Source: Chiloscyllium plagiosum | Lineage: Eukaryota | DNA: 60,458 bases | Reading direction: 5' to 3' | Assembly: GCF_004010195.1 (NCBI RefSeq) | Contig: NC_057718.1 | Span: 24,734,159-24,794,616, forward strand | Part shown: positions 11,750 through 24,744 of the stretch, piece by piece | Layout: each line of letters starts with the position of its first letter | How positions within the stretch are numbered: the first letter of the stretch is position 1 | Position numbers and translations under genes: made by a program | Notes under the pieces: model-generated | Told to the model about the DNA's origin: nothing | Database searches by the model: none | The model's input: only the letters and a program-made list of their open reading frames with translations

Positions 11750-13745
11750 AACACAGAATTGTTATAGTGCAGAAGGAAAACATTCGGCCCGTTATGTCTG
11801 CATCAGCTCTCTGTGCCAATATCTTGCTTTTTCCCTGTAACTCTGGACATTATTTCCAGTTCAGTAATCATCCAATGCCATCTTGAATTGAAGCACATTT
11901 CCAGGCACTGCATTCCATACCGTCACTACCTGCTATTGAAACAGCTTATTTTTTCTCACCCCTGATTTACTTCCTTTGCAAAACACTTTGAGCTTGTAAT
12001 CTTGGTTCCCTATCTCTCCATGAGCAAGAACAGTATCTGACCATCTATTCTGTGCTGGCCTGTCATCAATTTTGAAAACTTCTATCAAATCTCCTTTTAG
12101 CCTTTGCCGTTCAGGAATCACTAGGTTTGTTTGTCTATCTTGTTTATCTTTCACTTTTGAGGGTATATACTTTAACTGTACCCAAAATACCTCCTTTTTG
12201 ATGGAAGCCCATTGCTCAGTTACAGCTGATGGCACGGTGCCACAGTGGTTGGTACTGCTGCCTCACAGCGCCAGAGACCCGGATTCAATTCCCGCCTTGG
12301 ACAACTGTGTGGAGTTTGCACGTTCTCCCCGTGTCTGCGTGGGTTTCCTCCGGGTGCTCTGGTTTCCTCCCACAGTCCAAAGATGTTCAGGTTAGGTGAA
12401 TTGGCCATGCTAAATTGCCCGAAGTGTTAGGTGAAGGGGTAAATGTAGTAGAATGGGTCTGGGTGGGTTGGTCTTCGGAGGGTCGGTGTGGACTTGTTGG
12501 GCCGAAGGGCCTGTTTCCACACTGTAAATAATCTAATCAATATTTTGTCCCAGCCGTCACTGGTACTTGAAATACTTCTGGAGATCAAGCAACAGCTCAG
12601 TCTCAAGCAGGAGATGGAGATAACCACATGGGCTCAGCAATCTCACTTTTCTAACTGACTCACCAATGCCCATGTCTTGGAAGCTGGAATATTTCATTTG
12701 CCTGTCCTTGAGCCAGATCTCTTATTCCCATAAACTAATAATCACACATGACAATCTGTGCTTGTAACTCCCAAATTTTATTTACTATACTCCATACATT
12801 CATGCAAATGCACAGTAAAGCAGACTTAGATTTCATCATTTTTTTTCCGACGATCCAGACCTCTGCTGAATTAGTTTTATATCCTCCTAAAATGTCCCTT
12901 AGAGATCAGTTCCAGCTCTGTTTATACGGAACTCTGTCATCCATCTCACCTGTAAAGGTGCCACCTTCCCAATAGTCGGTCCCCCTGTCCCAAGAATCTT
13001 AAATCCCCCCTCATGCACCAGGCCTGTATTCATCTGTTTTAACCTCTGTGTCCACTTGCACAGATGCTGGGAGTAATCTAGAGATCACCTTTGAGATTGT
13101 GTTCGTTCATTTTCTTCCTCGTAACTCAAATTCTGAATGTCGCGCTACATGCTCCTACCCACCCATGTTATTAGTGACCATGAGGATCACAACCTTTGGC
13201 TATTTCCTCTGTACCAGAAGAATGTCCTGCAGTTATTTTGTGACATAATTGACTCCAGCACCAGGGAGGCAACGTATCACCTTGGAACCACAGTCACAGC
13301 TTCAGAAACCCTTGTGTGTTCCCCCAACTAAGGAATCCATACCAATACTGCCCTTGCACTCCTTTTCCTCCCTCTACATGCTTTGCCTTTGCTGTATTCC
13401 TCCAAGGAACCATCACCCTCTCCAGCATCCAGAATGGGAAGCCAGCTACTGACTGGGACTCCTGCACCACTTGCATGTTTGTCTTGGATTGCCTGGTGGT
13501 CACCTATTCCCTATCTGCCTGTTTGCCCCTAACCTGTGGTGTGACCACCTTTCTGAACAGGTGCTCACAGATGCACTGCAGTGGATCCAGACACTGCTTA
13601 AGTTTGTGCAAAAGATGATATCTTGTATATGATTTCATCCAGGTCCAATGACCTCCCACATGCCACCATACCCTGGCTAAGTTGCCCTGCCATACCTTAG
13701 CCTTGCTTTAAATTTAGTTCAACTTTACTTACCTCTCTACTGTCT
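11750..13745 (-). mobile_element. Heavily decayed and deleted CR1 LINE (3' tail, ORF2 pieces, ORF1 esterase remnant)
   Basis: RLKGDLIEVFKI in ORF 11933-12235; minus strand near 13250-13340 reads DSLVGG...RCLPGAGV, matching ORF1 of the CR1 at the window end. Confidence 0.65.
12231..12539 (+). mobile_element. HE1-type SINE nested in the old CR1
   Basis: Full head to AATCTAATC tail; CpG-rich, so probably young. Confidence 0.92.
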
Positions 13746-13755
13746 TTAACTTATT

Positions 13756-13960
13756 GGGTAGGTTAGCTTGGAAGGCTGGTTTCCAATGCAGAGTGATGCC
13801 AATAGCATGGGTTCAATTCCCATGAGCTGATGCCACCAAAAGGACTCTCCTTCTCAACCTCTCTCCTTGCGTGAGGTGTGGTGACCCACACCACCAACAG
13901 TCTCTAAATGAGACAGCAGCCCTCTGGTCTGGTAGGACTATGACAACATTATTTTTATTT
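13756..13960 (+). mobile_element. SINE family D (tRNA-like head)
   Basis: GGGTTCAATTCC B-box, CTCTCCTTCTCAACCTC core, GGTCTGG...GACTATG tail; copies at 29745-29940 and 51070-51270. Confidence 0.65.
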
Positions 13961-14430
13961 TCATGTTACTCTGAACTGCTCGCTATAAATTAGAGATTAA
14001 CAGAAATTAGAAATTCTCCCCCTCATCCATAAATCAGCCCCCTTTCTTTAATTATACATTATTTCTTTGTTGCCCTGTGCTACTTTAGGATTGTTAAATT
14101 AATCTGTTCTCTTCTGCTTTCCAGTAAAAGAAATGCCCTTTTTCCTGATAGCTTATGATCTTATGATATTTTTGTAATTCCAGACCTTGATTTCAGCTCT
14201 AAACACACTTTTCACTCTCACAACCACAGCCCCAGCAGCCAGACCCAACCTTCTCTGATCTCTTGCTCATTGGTGCATCTGTTATATGGCCTGAACCCTT
14301 CCTACTAAGCAAACTTTGTTCTACCTAGCACCTTAAATGAACTAGCACTCTTCATAGATGGACAAAAATTATAATTCAGAAGTTTACTGTTTTATCAGGC
14401 TTTCGGCGATGTGGTCAGCTGAGGATGTGA

Positions 14431-14660
14431 GTGAGAAAGCTCTATGCCAGCAAGTTTTATTTAAAGAAAAGTTGAATTATTATTTAAGTGATTCATGCTG
14501 TACATAAAGTATAATTGTGATGTGTATACCCCCTGCATTACGTTTCTATTACTCAATGTGTTTTTACATTGATTATGTGGATCCCTGGATCAATCAGCAT
14601 ATTTCACTGACTGGCACATTTCTGGTTCCATACATGCTGGTTACAAAAAGGTTTGCTTTT
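14431..14660 (+). repeat. Unclassified dispersed repeat (copy 1), possibly a non-autonomous DNA transposon
   Basis: Collinear similarity to 34426-34652 (GCCAGCAAGTTTTATT...TAAAGTATAA..GTGATGTGTA...GTGTTTTTACATTGATTATGT). Confidence 0.7.
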
Positions 14661-14811
14661 TATGCAAATGCTGTTAGGGCAAAAATATGGTTTAAAAACA
14701 AATGGCTTAACAGATTAGAAGCAGGTTAGTGTTCAGTTGCTCTTGAGCACTGAATCCCTCCCTATCTCTCATTTTTTTAGCGACTCCATAAAACCTAGCT
14801 TTTACCCTCCT

Positions 14812-15100
14812 GGTATTGTCACTGGACCAATAATCCAGAGACGTGGATAATGTTCTGGGGACCCACAATCTAATTCTGCCACAGTGGAATTTTAACTCAG
14901 TAAAAATGTGGAATTAAAAGTCTCATAATAACCATTGTTGATCATGGGGGAAAACCCTATCTGCATTACTGATATCCTTTAGTGAACATAACTGCCATCC
15001 ACACCCAGTCTGGCAACATGTGACTGTAGACTGACAGAAATGAGATTGTCTCTCTGGGATGAACCAGCGACAACCACATTCATGAATGGATTTTAAAAAG
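14812..15100 (+). mobile_element. SINE family B
   Basis: Similar to 7428-7605 and 41370-41710. Confidence 0.6.
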
Positions 15101-15266
15101 TCCAAGATTCTGGTCATGTAACCTAATCTGTCTTTGATGTCTCATAATATTCCTTTGAAATGCTAAGTAGAGTTTTTTTTTAAACTGCAGTTAAGGTGAT
15201 ATTCGAGTGTAAGTCACTGTTATTGTTTCTCTGAATAAAATGGCTACCCTCCTTGAACCTTGACAG

Positions 15267-15696
15267 TAGAGGCATACAGCACGGAAACAGACCCTTCAGT
15301 CTGACTTGTCCCATGCCTACTAGCCATCCCAAACTGACCTCGTCTCATTTGCCAGCATTTGGCCCATATCCCTCTGAACCCTTCCAATTGACATAACCAT
15401 CCAGATGCCTTTTAAATACTATAATTGTACCAGCCTTCACCACTTCCTTCGGCAGTTCATCCCATACACACACCATTCTCGGCATGAAAGGGTTAGCCCT
15501 CAGGTCCTTTATAAATCTTTCCCCTCTCACCTTAAACCTATGCCCTCTAGTTTTGGACTCTCCCACTCTAGTAAAAAGACCTTGGCTATTCACCCTATCC
15601 ATGCGCCACATGACATAAAATCACCCCTCAGCCTCCAATGGTGCAGGGAACATAAGCCCCAGCCTATTTGGCCTCTCCCTATAGTTCAAACCCTCC
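15267..15696 (-). mobile_element. HER1/CR1 LINE 3' fragment
   Basis: ORF 15345-15611 DRVNSQGLF...TRGHRFKVRGERF...FKRHLD plus CR1 tail. Confidence 0.88.
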
Positions 15697-16137
15697 TGTC
15701 CTTTTACTTTTAAAACACAGAGATAGTAAAAAGAGAAATATGTGAAAGTTGTCAGAATTCTGTGCTGTGTGAGTCAGCTTCTTGTAAATTCATTAGCCTG
15801 TTTAATCATAGTTTGGAAAGATTAGATCTTACAGTATTTGCCTTCATAGTCATCTCCAGCAGTGCAATGACAGGTTGCAATATACTATTTTAGCATTCTT
15901 TTAATTTAAGTGTTAAATAAATTACTTTTATTAAAGAGGACTATAAGCAGAACTTGTAATATTCTTAATCCTATTATTCTACTGCGATTTTAATGGCATA
16001 CAATTAAGGCAGATTGCCTGTGTTTCATTAGTTTTGTCACCATTGCACTAGGGATGATGTCACAGGGAATTTAACTGAGTGAAAACATACAGGTTTGATT
16101 TCACTTTGATAAAACCCAAAGAGCTGAAACAAGGCCC

Positions 16138-16339
16138 ACCCATTTACATCTAATGCACCTAACACTATGGGCAATTCACCTAACCTGCACATATTTGGAC
16201 TGTGGAAGGAAACCGGAGCGCCCAAAGTAAAACTATGCAGACACGGGCAAACTCCACACAGACAGTCACCCGAGGCTGGAATTGAACGCGGGGGCCTGGT
16301 GCTGTGAGGCAGCAGTGCTAACCACTTAGCCAACGTGCC
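16138..16339 (-). mobile_element. HE1-type SINE (partial)
   Basis: Reverse complement of the SINE head and core. Confidence 0.85.
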
Positions 16340-17414
16340 GTCCTTCTTGACCAGAGGCAGCCAGATTTCCGTTGCCTTAGGCCACCCATCAGGAGACGAG
16401 AGACAGAAACAGCTCCATCCACGTGGTTATTTATCTTACATCACTGCTTCTGTGTCAACAGGAATGAAAATGTTTTCTCAAGGACCAACAAGCTTACGTG
16501 CAAATATCTCCAAACCTTACCCCTTCCCCAATCCTAACCTCCAAAATTTGTCAGCTCCCTCACTCATTCCTAAAATAAGAAACCCCCTCCTGGAAGTTGG
16601 ACATACTCACTTGGACTGCCACCTATCTCTACCAGCAGACCCACAGTCCCCCACGACACTTGCTCCTTTGACTACAGCCTCAATCTGTTGAAAATCTTGC
16701 TCAACTGGCAAGTTGCTTGTCAATTAGATGGGAAATAAATATCTGGAGATCACAAATGATGCTGTATAATTGCAAGAATTTCTTTCAGCAGTAAGCAACA
16801 ATCTAAGTTTAAATACTTACCTGAATGCGAAGCTGGCGGGAATTGTTTGGGAGGATTGTTGCAGTATCTTCCCTCAGATTCAAACAGGCTGAAGATGAGC
16901 GAAAACACGTCAAAAATGATACAAAAAGCTTCTCGCCAGAACAACTGCAGGCTCTTGACACCCTTTAACTGCTTTTCTCCCAAACAGAGATCAAAAGCCT
17001 TGATCTAGAGACCCGACACTGAAAGCCTCCCAGTCCTGTCACTGTGCTCTGATTTCCTCTTGTTATAGAATCTAGTTCTAGAGGACTGCACAAAATGAAT
17101 ACACTATGAAAATAGGTGGAATGAAAATAATTCATGGAAAGGAGAAAGAAAACTGGCATAATCAGTCCAATGAAAGCCCTGATGGCTTTTGACAATAGAC
17201 TTGAGTTCTCTCCCAGGTTTCAGAGAAGCGGATTGAATGTTGTGTGGATGACATATGCAGCTGGTGTTCAAAAATTTCCTGACTGTCAAAAAATCTTCTC
17301 ACAAGACACATTATCAATTGAGGAGAAAGTGAGGACTGCAGATGCTGGAGATCAGAGCTGAAAGTGTGTTGCTGGAAAAGCGCAGCAGGTCAGGCAGCAT
17401 CCAAGGAGCAGGAG

Positions 17415-17450
17415 AATCGACGTTTCGGGCATGAGCCCTTCTTCAGGAAT
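17415..17450 (-). ncRNA. Minimal type-I hammerhead ribozyme motif in PLE pLTR
   Basis: Minus strand ATTC-CTGAAGA-A-GGGC-TCAT-GCCC-GAAA-CG-TC-GATT: intact core, 4-bp stem II, palindromic ACGT in place of stem III. Confidence 0.7.
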
Positions 17451-17555
17451 GAGGAAAGTGTGCCCAGCAGGCTAAGATAAAAGGTAGGGAGGAGGGGCAT
17501 TGGAAATGCGATAGGTGGAAGGAGGTCAAGGTGAGGGTGATAGGCCGGAGTGGGG

Positions 17556-17940
17556 NNNNNNNNNNNNNNNNNNNNNNNNNNNNNNNNNNNNNNNNNNNNN
17601 NNNNNNNNNNNNNNNNNNNNNNNNNNNNNNNNNNNNNNNNNNNNNNNNNNNNNNNNNNNNNNNNNNNNNNNNNNNNNNNNNNNNNNNNNNNNNNNNNNNN
17701 NNNNNNNNNNNNNNNNNNNNNNNNNNNNNNNNNNNNNNNNNNNNNNNNNNNNNNNNNNNNNNNNNNNNNNNNNNNNNNNNNNNNNNNNNNNNNNNNNNNN
17801 NNNNNNNNNNNNNNNNNNNNNNNNNNNNNNNNNNNNNNNNNNNNNNNNNNNNNNNNNNNNNNNNNNNNNNNNNNNNNNNNNNNNNNNNNNNNNNNNNNNN
17901 NNNNNNNNNNNNNNNNNNNNNNNNNNNNNNNNNNNNNNNN
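17556..17940. other. Assembly gap (385 N)
   Basis: Run of N inside the PLE. Confidence 1.
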
Positions 17941-18859
17941 ATATATCCCTGGTGTTGGGGTCCGTTTGGAGGTGGCGGAAATGATGACGGATGATACGAT
18001 GTATATGGAGGTTGGTGGGGTGATAGGTGAGGACCAGTGGGGTTCTGTCCTGGTGGCGATTGGAGGGGCGGGGCTCAAGGGTGGAGGAGCGGGAAGTGGA
18101 GAAGATGCGGTGGAGAGCAGCGTCGATCATGTCTGGGGGGCAATTGCGGTCTTTGAAGAAGGAGGCCACCTGGGTTGTACGGTATTGGAACTGGTCCTCC
18201 TGGGAGCAGATGCGGCGGAGACGAAGGAATTGGGAATATGGGATGGTGCTTTTACAGGGGGCAGGGTGGGAGGAGGTGTAGTTTAGGTAGTTGTGGGAGT
18301 TGGTCAATTGGTTTCATTTGAAATTTACACCAAAGACATCACAAAAAATAACTGGGAACTTCTATAGGCAAATGTGATAAATCAGAGCCCAAATGGAGTC
18401 AGAACTGAACTAAAACATTGGCTTAAAGAGAACGTAAGAGCAGGACGAGGCCATTCAGCCCATCAATCCATTTACATCTGGCTGATCATCTCCTCATTGC
18501 CATCTTCCCTTCATGAACTCCATGTCCCTTAACATCATCAGTCTCTAGAAAAATATTGATTTTGGTCTGCACCTACTCAATGATTGAGCTTTCATCATTT
18601 TAATGAACAGAAACTGAGCGCTCACTTTGTTTCCCAAACCTGAAGCAAAGTTCAAAGAATGCTAAAAATCACACTGTTGCATCACAGCATTGGAGGTGAC
18701 CATTCAGGGCATTAAATATTAAATTACTGGCACAGCACTTCAACTGGGTCTCCAGTTTAATCTTATTTCTCTCTCCCAGCTTTATATTCTTATCCTCATC
18801 ACATTTCATGCCACAGCTAGGCCTCTGTGTAGCTCAATTTCTGAATTCATCGCACCAGG

Positions 18860-19560
18860 ACAAGAGGATCAGTCTCAATTTGTATGTGGAAGATGCCCAG
18901 TTACAACTTATCACCTCTGCCTCTGCACTGTCAGACTACTTCCCAATCTCCATCACTTCTCAGCAATAGTATCTTACAGTTAAACATTAGTAAGACCAAA
19001 CCCATTGTCGGCTATGCCACAAACAACATACTCTTATCACAGATTGAATCCTACTCCCTAAAAACACTGCACTGAGTCAGGCTCTCAACACATTTACCAC
19101 TTTCATTTGACCTCTAGCTGAACTTCTAACCCTATACCCTCTCTATGATGAAGGCCACTTACTTGCAGCACCATAATATTGCCTCTCTGCACCCTGCCTC
19201 AACTCAAAAGGCTGCTGAATCCCTTATTAATGCTATGGCTTCCTCATGACGCAACCATTCCAATCCTCTCCTGCCTTTCCTACCCTAGACTCCATTCTCT
19301 GCACATTTCAAATCATAATTCTATATCCTATCCTGTGCAATGTCTTTCTCACATCTCACCTTGGGTTTACTTTTTGAATTAGTCGTCAGCCCTCTTTGAA
19401 ATTCTCATCATCAAATTAAAATGTCTCCATGGTCTCCTCTCTATCTACTTAGTTCAGTGGTCCTACAAACAATTATGAACCCTGAGCTTCTCTACTAAGC
19501 CTCCTATGCAACTTCCCACACCTTTTTCCATACTGATGGTGTCTGATGGCTAGGTCCTGA
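18860..19560 (+). mobile_element. Old L2 LINE RT / C-terminal fragment
   Basis: Translates to LYVEDAQL (decayed YADD), LQLNISKT, KATYLQHHNIASLHP...AAESLINAMASS*RNHSN, resembling the L2 ORF2 C-terminus. Confidence 0.75.
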
Positions 19561-19918
19561 ATGCTGGAATTGGATCTGTCTTTCTGAAAGCAGTAGCTTT
19601 GATGGTATGGAGGATATGTAAAATACAATGTGCGGCAAATCCACCATCTCCACTTCCACCCAATGCCGTCCCACATAAAACAGAGGTAGACCAATATCAA
19701 CATCAGTGCAGTTCAATTTCACACATCAAGCAACTTGAAAATCCGTGACAGTGAATGTACCTTTCGCACATGCACTTTCTTTTTGCAAATGCTTTTACTT
19801 GAACCTTGTGGCTGGTGTTTAAAATACATCACCATCAGTCATAACTGCTGCACATTGTAGCACCGAGTCAAAGTTCTACCTGAAACTAGTTGGATTCTTG
19901 TTAGTCATCATTTCACAC

Positions 19919-19948
19919 AAATGTGAAATGTGAAATGTGAAATGTGAA
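19919..19948. repeat. (AAATGTG)4 tandem repeat
   Basis: Direct reading. Confidence 0.85.
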
Positions 19949-22034
19949 GTAGGCTGAGAACTGGGGATCTCACTCCATGTTTTTCCAAGTGCTAAGATGA
20001 TGAATATTTTGAACTGATGGTGGGTGTGCTATCCCTCACTTCCTGAATGGCATGAAAAGGTGGCTCCTTTACTTGTAGCTGTCAAGATAACTCGAGAACA
20101 TATCGTGGCAAGTGACTGATGACAGCCTAATGGGGAAGTGTCATCTTTCGCAAGCCGCTGCCATTGCCAACCAGCAATATAGAGCAGAGTCACAGACCTG
20201 TTATGCCATCACACTGAGCAACTTGATGATGCTTCAGAGGTGTCAAGTAGCAGGAGAGAATGCTGAACAGTGATGCCCTCACCAGCTACAATTGAAATGA
20301 AACTAAAACCATGATCGTAAAGGTCCAGTTGTGGATAAGTCATTTGATTACAGATTCCCAGAACTATCCTCTGTGGGAATTCACATTATGGGCAGATGAA
20401 GCATTGCAAAGAGATGTTAAACAAATTATAAGTTAGCACCAAACTTGGGAAAAAATGGCTACTGACAAACTGCTGTGGCCTCAAACATGCCAAAGCTATT
20501 TTGAGTGAACATGAAGCTGCAAGATCTGGTTGCAAAGCAACCAGCACATAAGGTAACTCATTGAGCTCCTAGAAAATCGAGAATAGATGATCAGTTCTCA
20601 TCTGCTTTAGATCATCATTCAATGTCAAAACTTCTCCCAACAGAGGACACCCTTGAGCTCCATGATCAGTCACATAAATTGGTACCATGATAAAATTGGC
20701 AATCTTCATCATACATTCACAATGCTAATAACCTAAGACTGGCAGGATGGAATGAGACATGAATATATACAAACATAAAATGGGATCTTATTAAGCTTAG
20801 AAAGAAAGTGAACATTAAACTGTGGGGCTCATGAAAGATGAACCTTTCTGCTGGCTTCACAGAAAATAAGATTTTAAAGAATTATTTCAACCATATGACA
20901 ACAAAAGCAAATATTGGAGGTGAAAGGAAATATGCATGAATTGCCTTAATGTTTCATCATTATTAACCATAGAAGATCCTGAGTGAACTGTCTGAAAATC
21001 TTCAACATATTGTATAAATAGACTATGCAGAAGCTGTCTCAATCAATACACTGGAATGTACTTTTACAGAACAAAAAAGAGTTGCTCTTCCAGCTATTTT
21101 CTATTCTGCACTGACATAAATTTAGAAGACTGAAAAATAGTATAAAAGATTTGATTTGAGTTGAAAGCTTTGGAGCAGTAAGTTTGGTATTGATGGCAGA
21201 CATGCTCATTTGCAGCAGAGGGAATGCTGCAAATACACAATAAATCATTCAACATTTGAAAAGATTAACATTTCAGTGAAGATTGATCATTAAAGCAGGT
21301 CAGTCAATGTTAACTTGTCATTTATCACTTCAGCTGTTAACTAAATGGCTCTGAGGGAATAGCAGAAACATGGCAGAATGAAATTTTTTTTTGGTTCCAA
21401 TACGGCAACCATTTTAATAATCATTTTAATGAAGCATCCACCTGTCACAAGAGCACCTTAATACTCATGCAAATTAAGGTCTGTTTTTTACAAATAGGAT
21501 CCTGAGGCAATTTTAACATCCTATTTTCCTGATTGTTGAACATCACAGTTACTCAGAACAGTCAAGCTTGTCTTGTTGGTTATTCAGTGGGTGTCCTGAC
21601 AGATAATTAAAAACTGCTCTTTATAAGATCAGGAGGACCATATCTGCTCTACAAAAAAATCTGGGCTTCACCTGTTCCAGCATCCTGCACGTTTACAACC
21701 ACACTTCTCGTCCTGCAGCATCCCCCCATCTCCAGGAAAACCTGTTCCACTCTCACACCTTCTCCAACTCCATTACCTATCCAAGTATCACCAGTTGGTG
21801 TCCACTCCAACTCATCTGGGAAGCATCAACTGCTGAACTGAAATGTGCACCTCGATGAAACAAGTCAATGAGTGTTGTACTATTTGGCAATTTTGCCAAT
21901 TAACAGAGATTCTGGCTCCAGTTTTAAAAGGATGAAAGCATAGGGTGAGAATAGTTTATATGAGTCCCAAGCAGATGCTATTATCAGAGAGAGGGCAGGC
22001 ATGGAATCTCACTCGATATTAATGGCACAGCTAT

Positions 22035-22361
22035 ATAGAGTCATAGAGTTATAGAGATGCACAGCATGGAAACAGACCCTTCGGTCCAACCCATCCATGC
22101 CGACCAGATATCCCAACCCAATCTATTCCCACCTCCCAGCACCCGGACCATATCCCTCCAAACCCTTCCTATTCATATACCCATCCAAATGCCTCTTAAA
22201 TGTTGCAATTGTACCAGGCTCCACCACATCCTTTGGCAGCTCATTCCATACACGTACCACCCTCTGCGTGAAAAAGTTGCCCCTTAGGTCTCTTTTATAT
22301 CTTTCCCCTCTCACCCTAAACCTATACCCTCTAGTTCTGGATTCCCCGACCCCAGGGAAAA
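22035..22361 (-). mobile_element. HER1/CR1 LINE 3' fragment
   Basis: RGERYKRDLRGNFFTQRVVRVWNELP...FKRHLDGYM; near-identical to 31396-31730. Confidence 0.92.
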
Positions 22362-22417
22362 TACTTTCAAATTTGTGTGATTGTTATGGTGTTCAAGGGA
22401 TAAATCATCTGGGTATA

Positions 22418-22848
22418 GAATGTCAGGAATCAGGCATAGCTTTATTTGTAATTTCTACCATATATAACTGATACAGTAAAAACAAGACAGTGTTCCTCCA
22501 GGACCAAGGTGCTATATGAACAGCACAAACTACACAATCATACACAGGGTGGCATAAAGTGCATAAGAAGTGTAAAACATGCAAGTCAGCACAGTAATTC
22601 CTTACTAGACAATAGGCAAATTGGTGGACAACTTACAGTGTAATAATGAATGATCATTAATAAACCATTGTTTTAGCAACAATTCAAAAAGTCATGCATA
22701 AATTGCAGATGGAATAGTGTGTGATCACACAGTGTTAAAGAGCCTGATGGCTTGGGAGAAGAAACAATTGCACAGTCTGGCCAGGCGAAACCGAATGCTT
22801 CGGTATCTTCTGCCAGATGGCAGGAGGGAGAAGAAGATGTGCTGGTAA
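22418..22848 (-). mobile_element. Rex1/Babar-type LINE 3' end
   Basis: FSLLPSGRRYRSI...RLCNCFFSQAIRLFN is the characteristic Rex1/Babar C-terminal motif; 3' UTR with AATAAA. Confidence 0.75.
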
Positions 22849-24744
22849 GAACATGATCGGTGATCAATGACAGTCAGGTGGTCAGGGGAAAAATCACATG
22901 GACAACAGGGAGGTGAGATCATGGAGTGGGTGGTCAATGACATGGATCCAGAACCAGGTAAATTTGATGGACCAAGGGGAATTACTTCTGTGCCGCCCAA
23001 CACACAAGCATTGCTATAAAGGAGTACTTTATGGATTCAGTCCTTCTCACTTTTTTTTATTTGTTTAACTTCTCACTTGAACCAAATTCATTATTCTTGA
23101 GGGCGGGGGTGGGAGAGGGAGTTTAGATTATTCATTATCTTTGATGGTGCTCTGCTGACTATGAAAGTTCACACAGTAATTTTGGTAAAAAACAATGGAG
23201 GCTGTGCTCAGACAGGACAATTCTGGAAAATCTTGTTGCAAATTCAAAGTGAGATCCTGGCTCTTATTTGGCTCAGATAATCCTTTGAAGAGCATTTGGT
23301 TTGCATGTGCAATATGATTACACAGATCTTCAGTTTCCCTTTCTACATGGTGCCAACAAATCATTTACTTTTTTTTGTCATGGGAGCTTATTCGTACCAG
23401 TCTGCAAGTGATAGCCATTGGTACTGTGCGTCATGTGTGAAATTATTTCATCATCTCACTTGTTGCATTCTCTATGTCAGTTAGTTATCGAATTCTGTGA
23501 TGATCTGACCTCACATCAAACATAATTAAGCTTATCAACAATCCTTCAGGGAATCTCAAGGAGAAAGAAAGTTAATGATTCAGGTGTAGCCATTTGCTAG
23601 GACTTGAAAGCAATCAAGCAGATTTATTCAAGGCGTTTACCTAACTTTCTCTTTCAATGACAATTGATGTGTTGCCCATTTCCAGTATGTTCTGGTTTTG
23701 TTTCAGGCTTTCTATACTTGTTATTCACTTTTCATCTTTGCTTTATGAATTCTATTTTCATTTATGAATGGAAGCCTCACTTTTGAAAATCTTTTTCCAT
23801 GCTTGTTTAGTCTTAATTTGATTTCATCCACTGAATCTAAGCAGAACCTTTTTTTTAAAATGGCCTCCAGTCATCACTCCAATGCAACGTGGCATCTTCT
23901 TTTCACATTTTCTGTCAATTAGATCTTTCCTACAAACCACAGCTTCTTAAAACATACCCTTTCTGATAATGTTTTCAATTACTCCCCATAAAGGCCCACT
24001 TCAGCAAGCCTGGTACAGTATGTTTTGTTATGATAAAGGTATGTATTATTCTGATGAAAATGGCTGTTTGCGGGTGACCAATGAGACTGCAATTCAATGG
24101 AGGAGTTTGAATGATGCATTACCAAAAACACAAGTGGCTTAACAACATTACCTGATGCAATTACAGCCCTATGTTTGTTTTATATCAGTCGTAATGCTTT
24201 TATCTATCTATCTATCTATAAAAACTAAATCAATAAAAAGAGCACAATGCTAATAGCAGAAAAGGTGTTAATCTGAAATGAATCTGCAAGACAAAGGGTC
24301 TAGAATCAACTTTTTCCTCACTCAAAATGCTCAAATATTGAGTCAAATGCTAGCAAATGTTTTACTGAGGTCTTTCCTATATGTTCTAGAATTCACAGGA
24401 GGGAGATAATTGATCCCAAAAGGGTTTAATTACCTTCAAAAAGTTGATCTCTTATTAATATTTTGCAACTGTCATACCTCCTCCCCTCTGGCCTTTCATG
24501 CTCATCCTTCCTATCCTGGACTGCCAACCTGATTTTTTGTTTTGGCCTTGTACAAGTAATATTAATCCACTAACTTGACTCTGCTCATCTATGTGAAAAT
24601 TAAAAAGTGCCTTTGTAACTATGTTGTTCTATCAGACATGCTTCTCTGAAATTTTTCTGCATATAGCTTAATCACGAAAGTATAGAAATACCAGAATCAC
24701 AGAAGTGTTACAGTGCAGAAATAGGCCATTCGGTCCATCATACC

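Larger units (their letters stand above)
17321..18303 (-). mobile_element. Penelope-like element, 5'-truncated (RT C-terminal region, gap, pLTR)
   Basis: Minus ORF TNSHNYLNYTSSHP...IPYSQFLRLRRICS...PLVLTYHP is typical of the PLE RT C-terminus; family-A pLTR; candidate TSD TCAATTG at 17314-17320 and 18304-18310. Confidence 0.88.

Noticed and set aside
17390..18307. Long ORFs of 144-305 aa
   Set aside because: Length is inflated by the N gap; only the PLE RT C-terminal piece is real
20330..20720. Possible Gypsy integrase remnant (SHYGQMKHCK, LELHD..VP*..KIG)
   Set aside because: Too degraded to support by eye; needs tblastn
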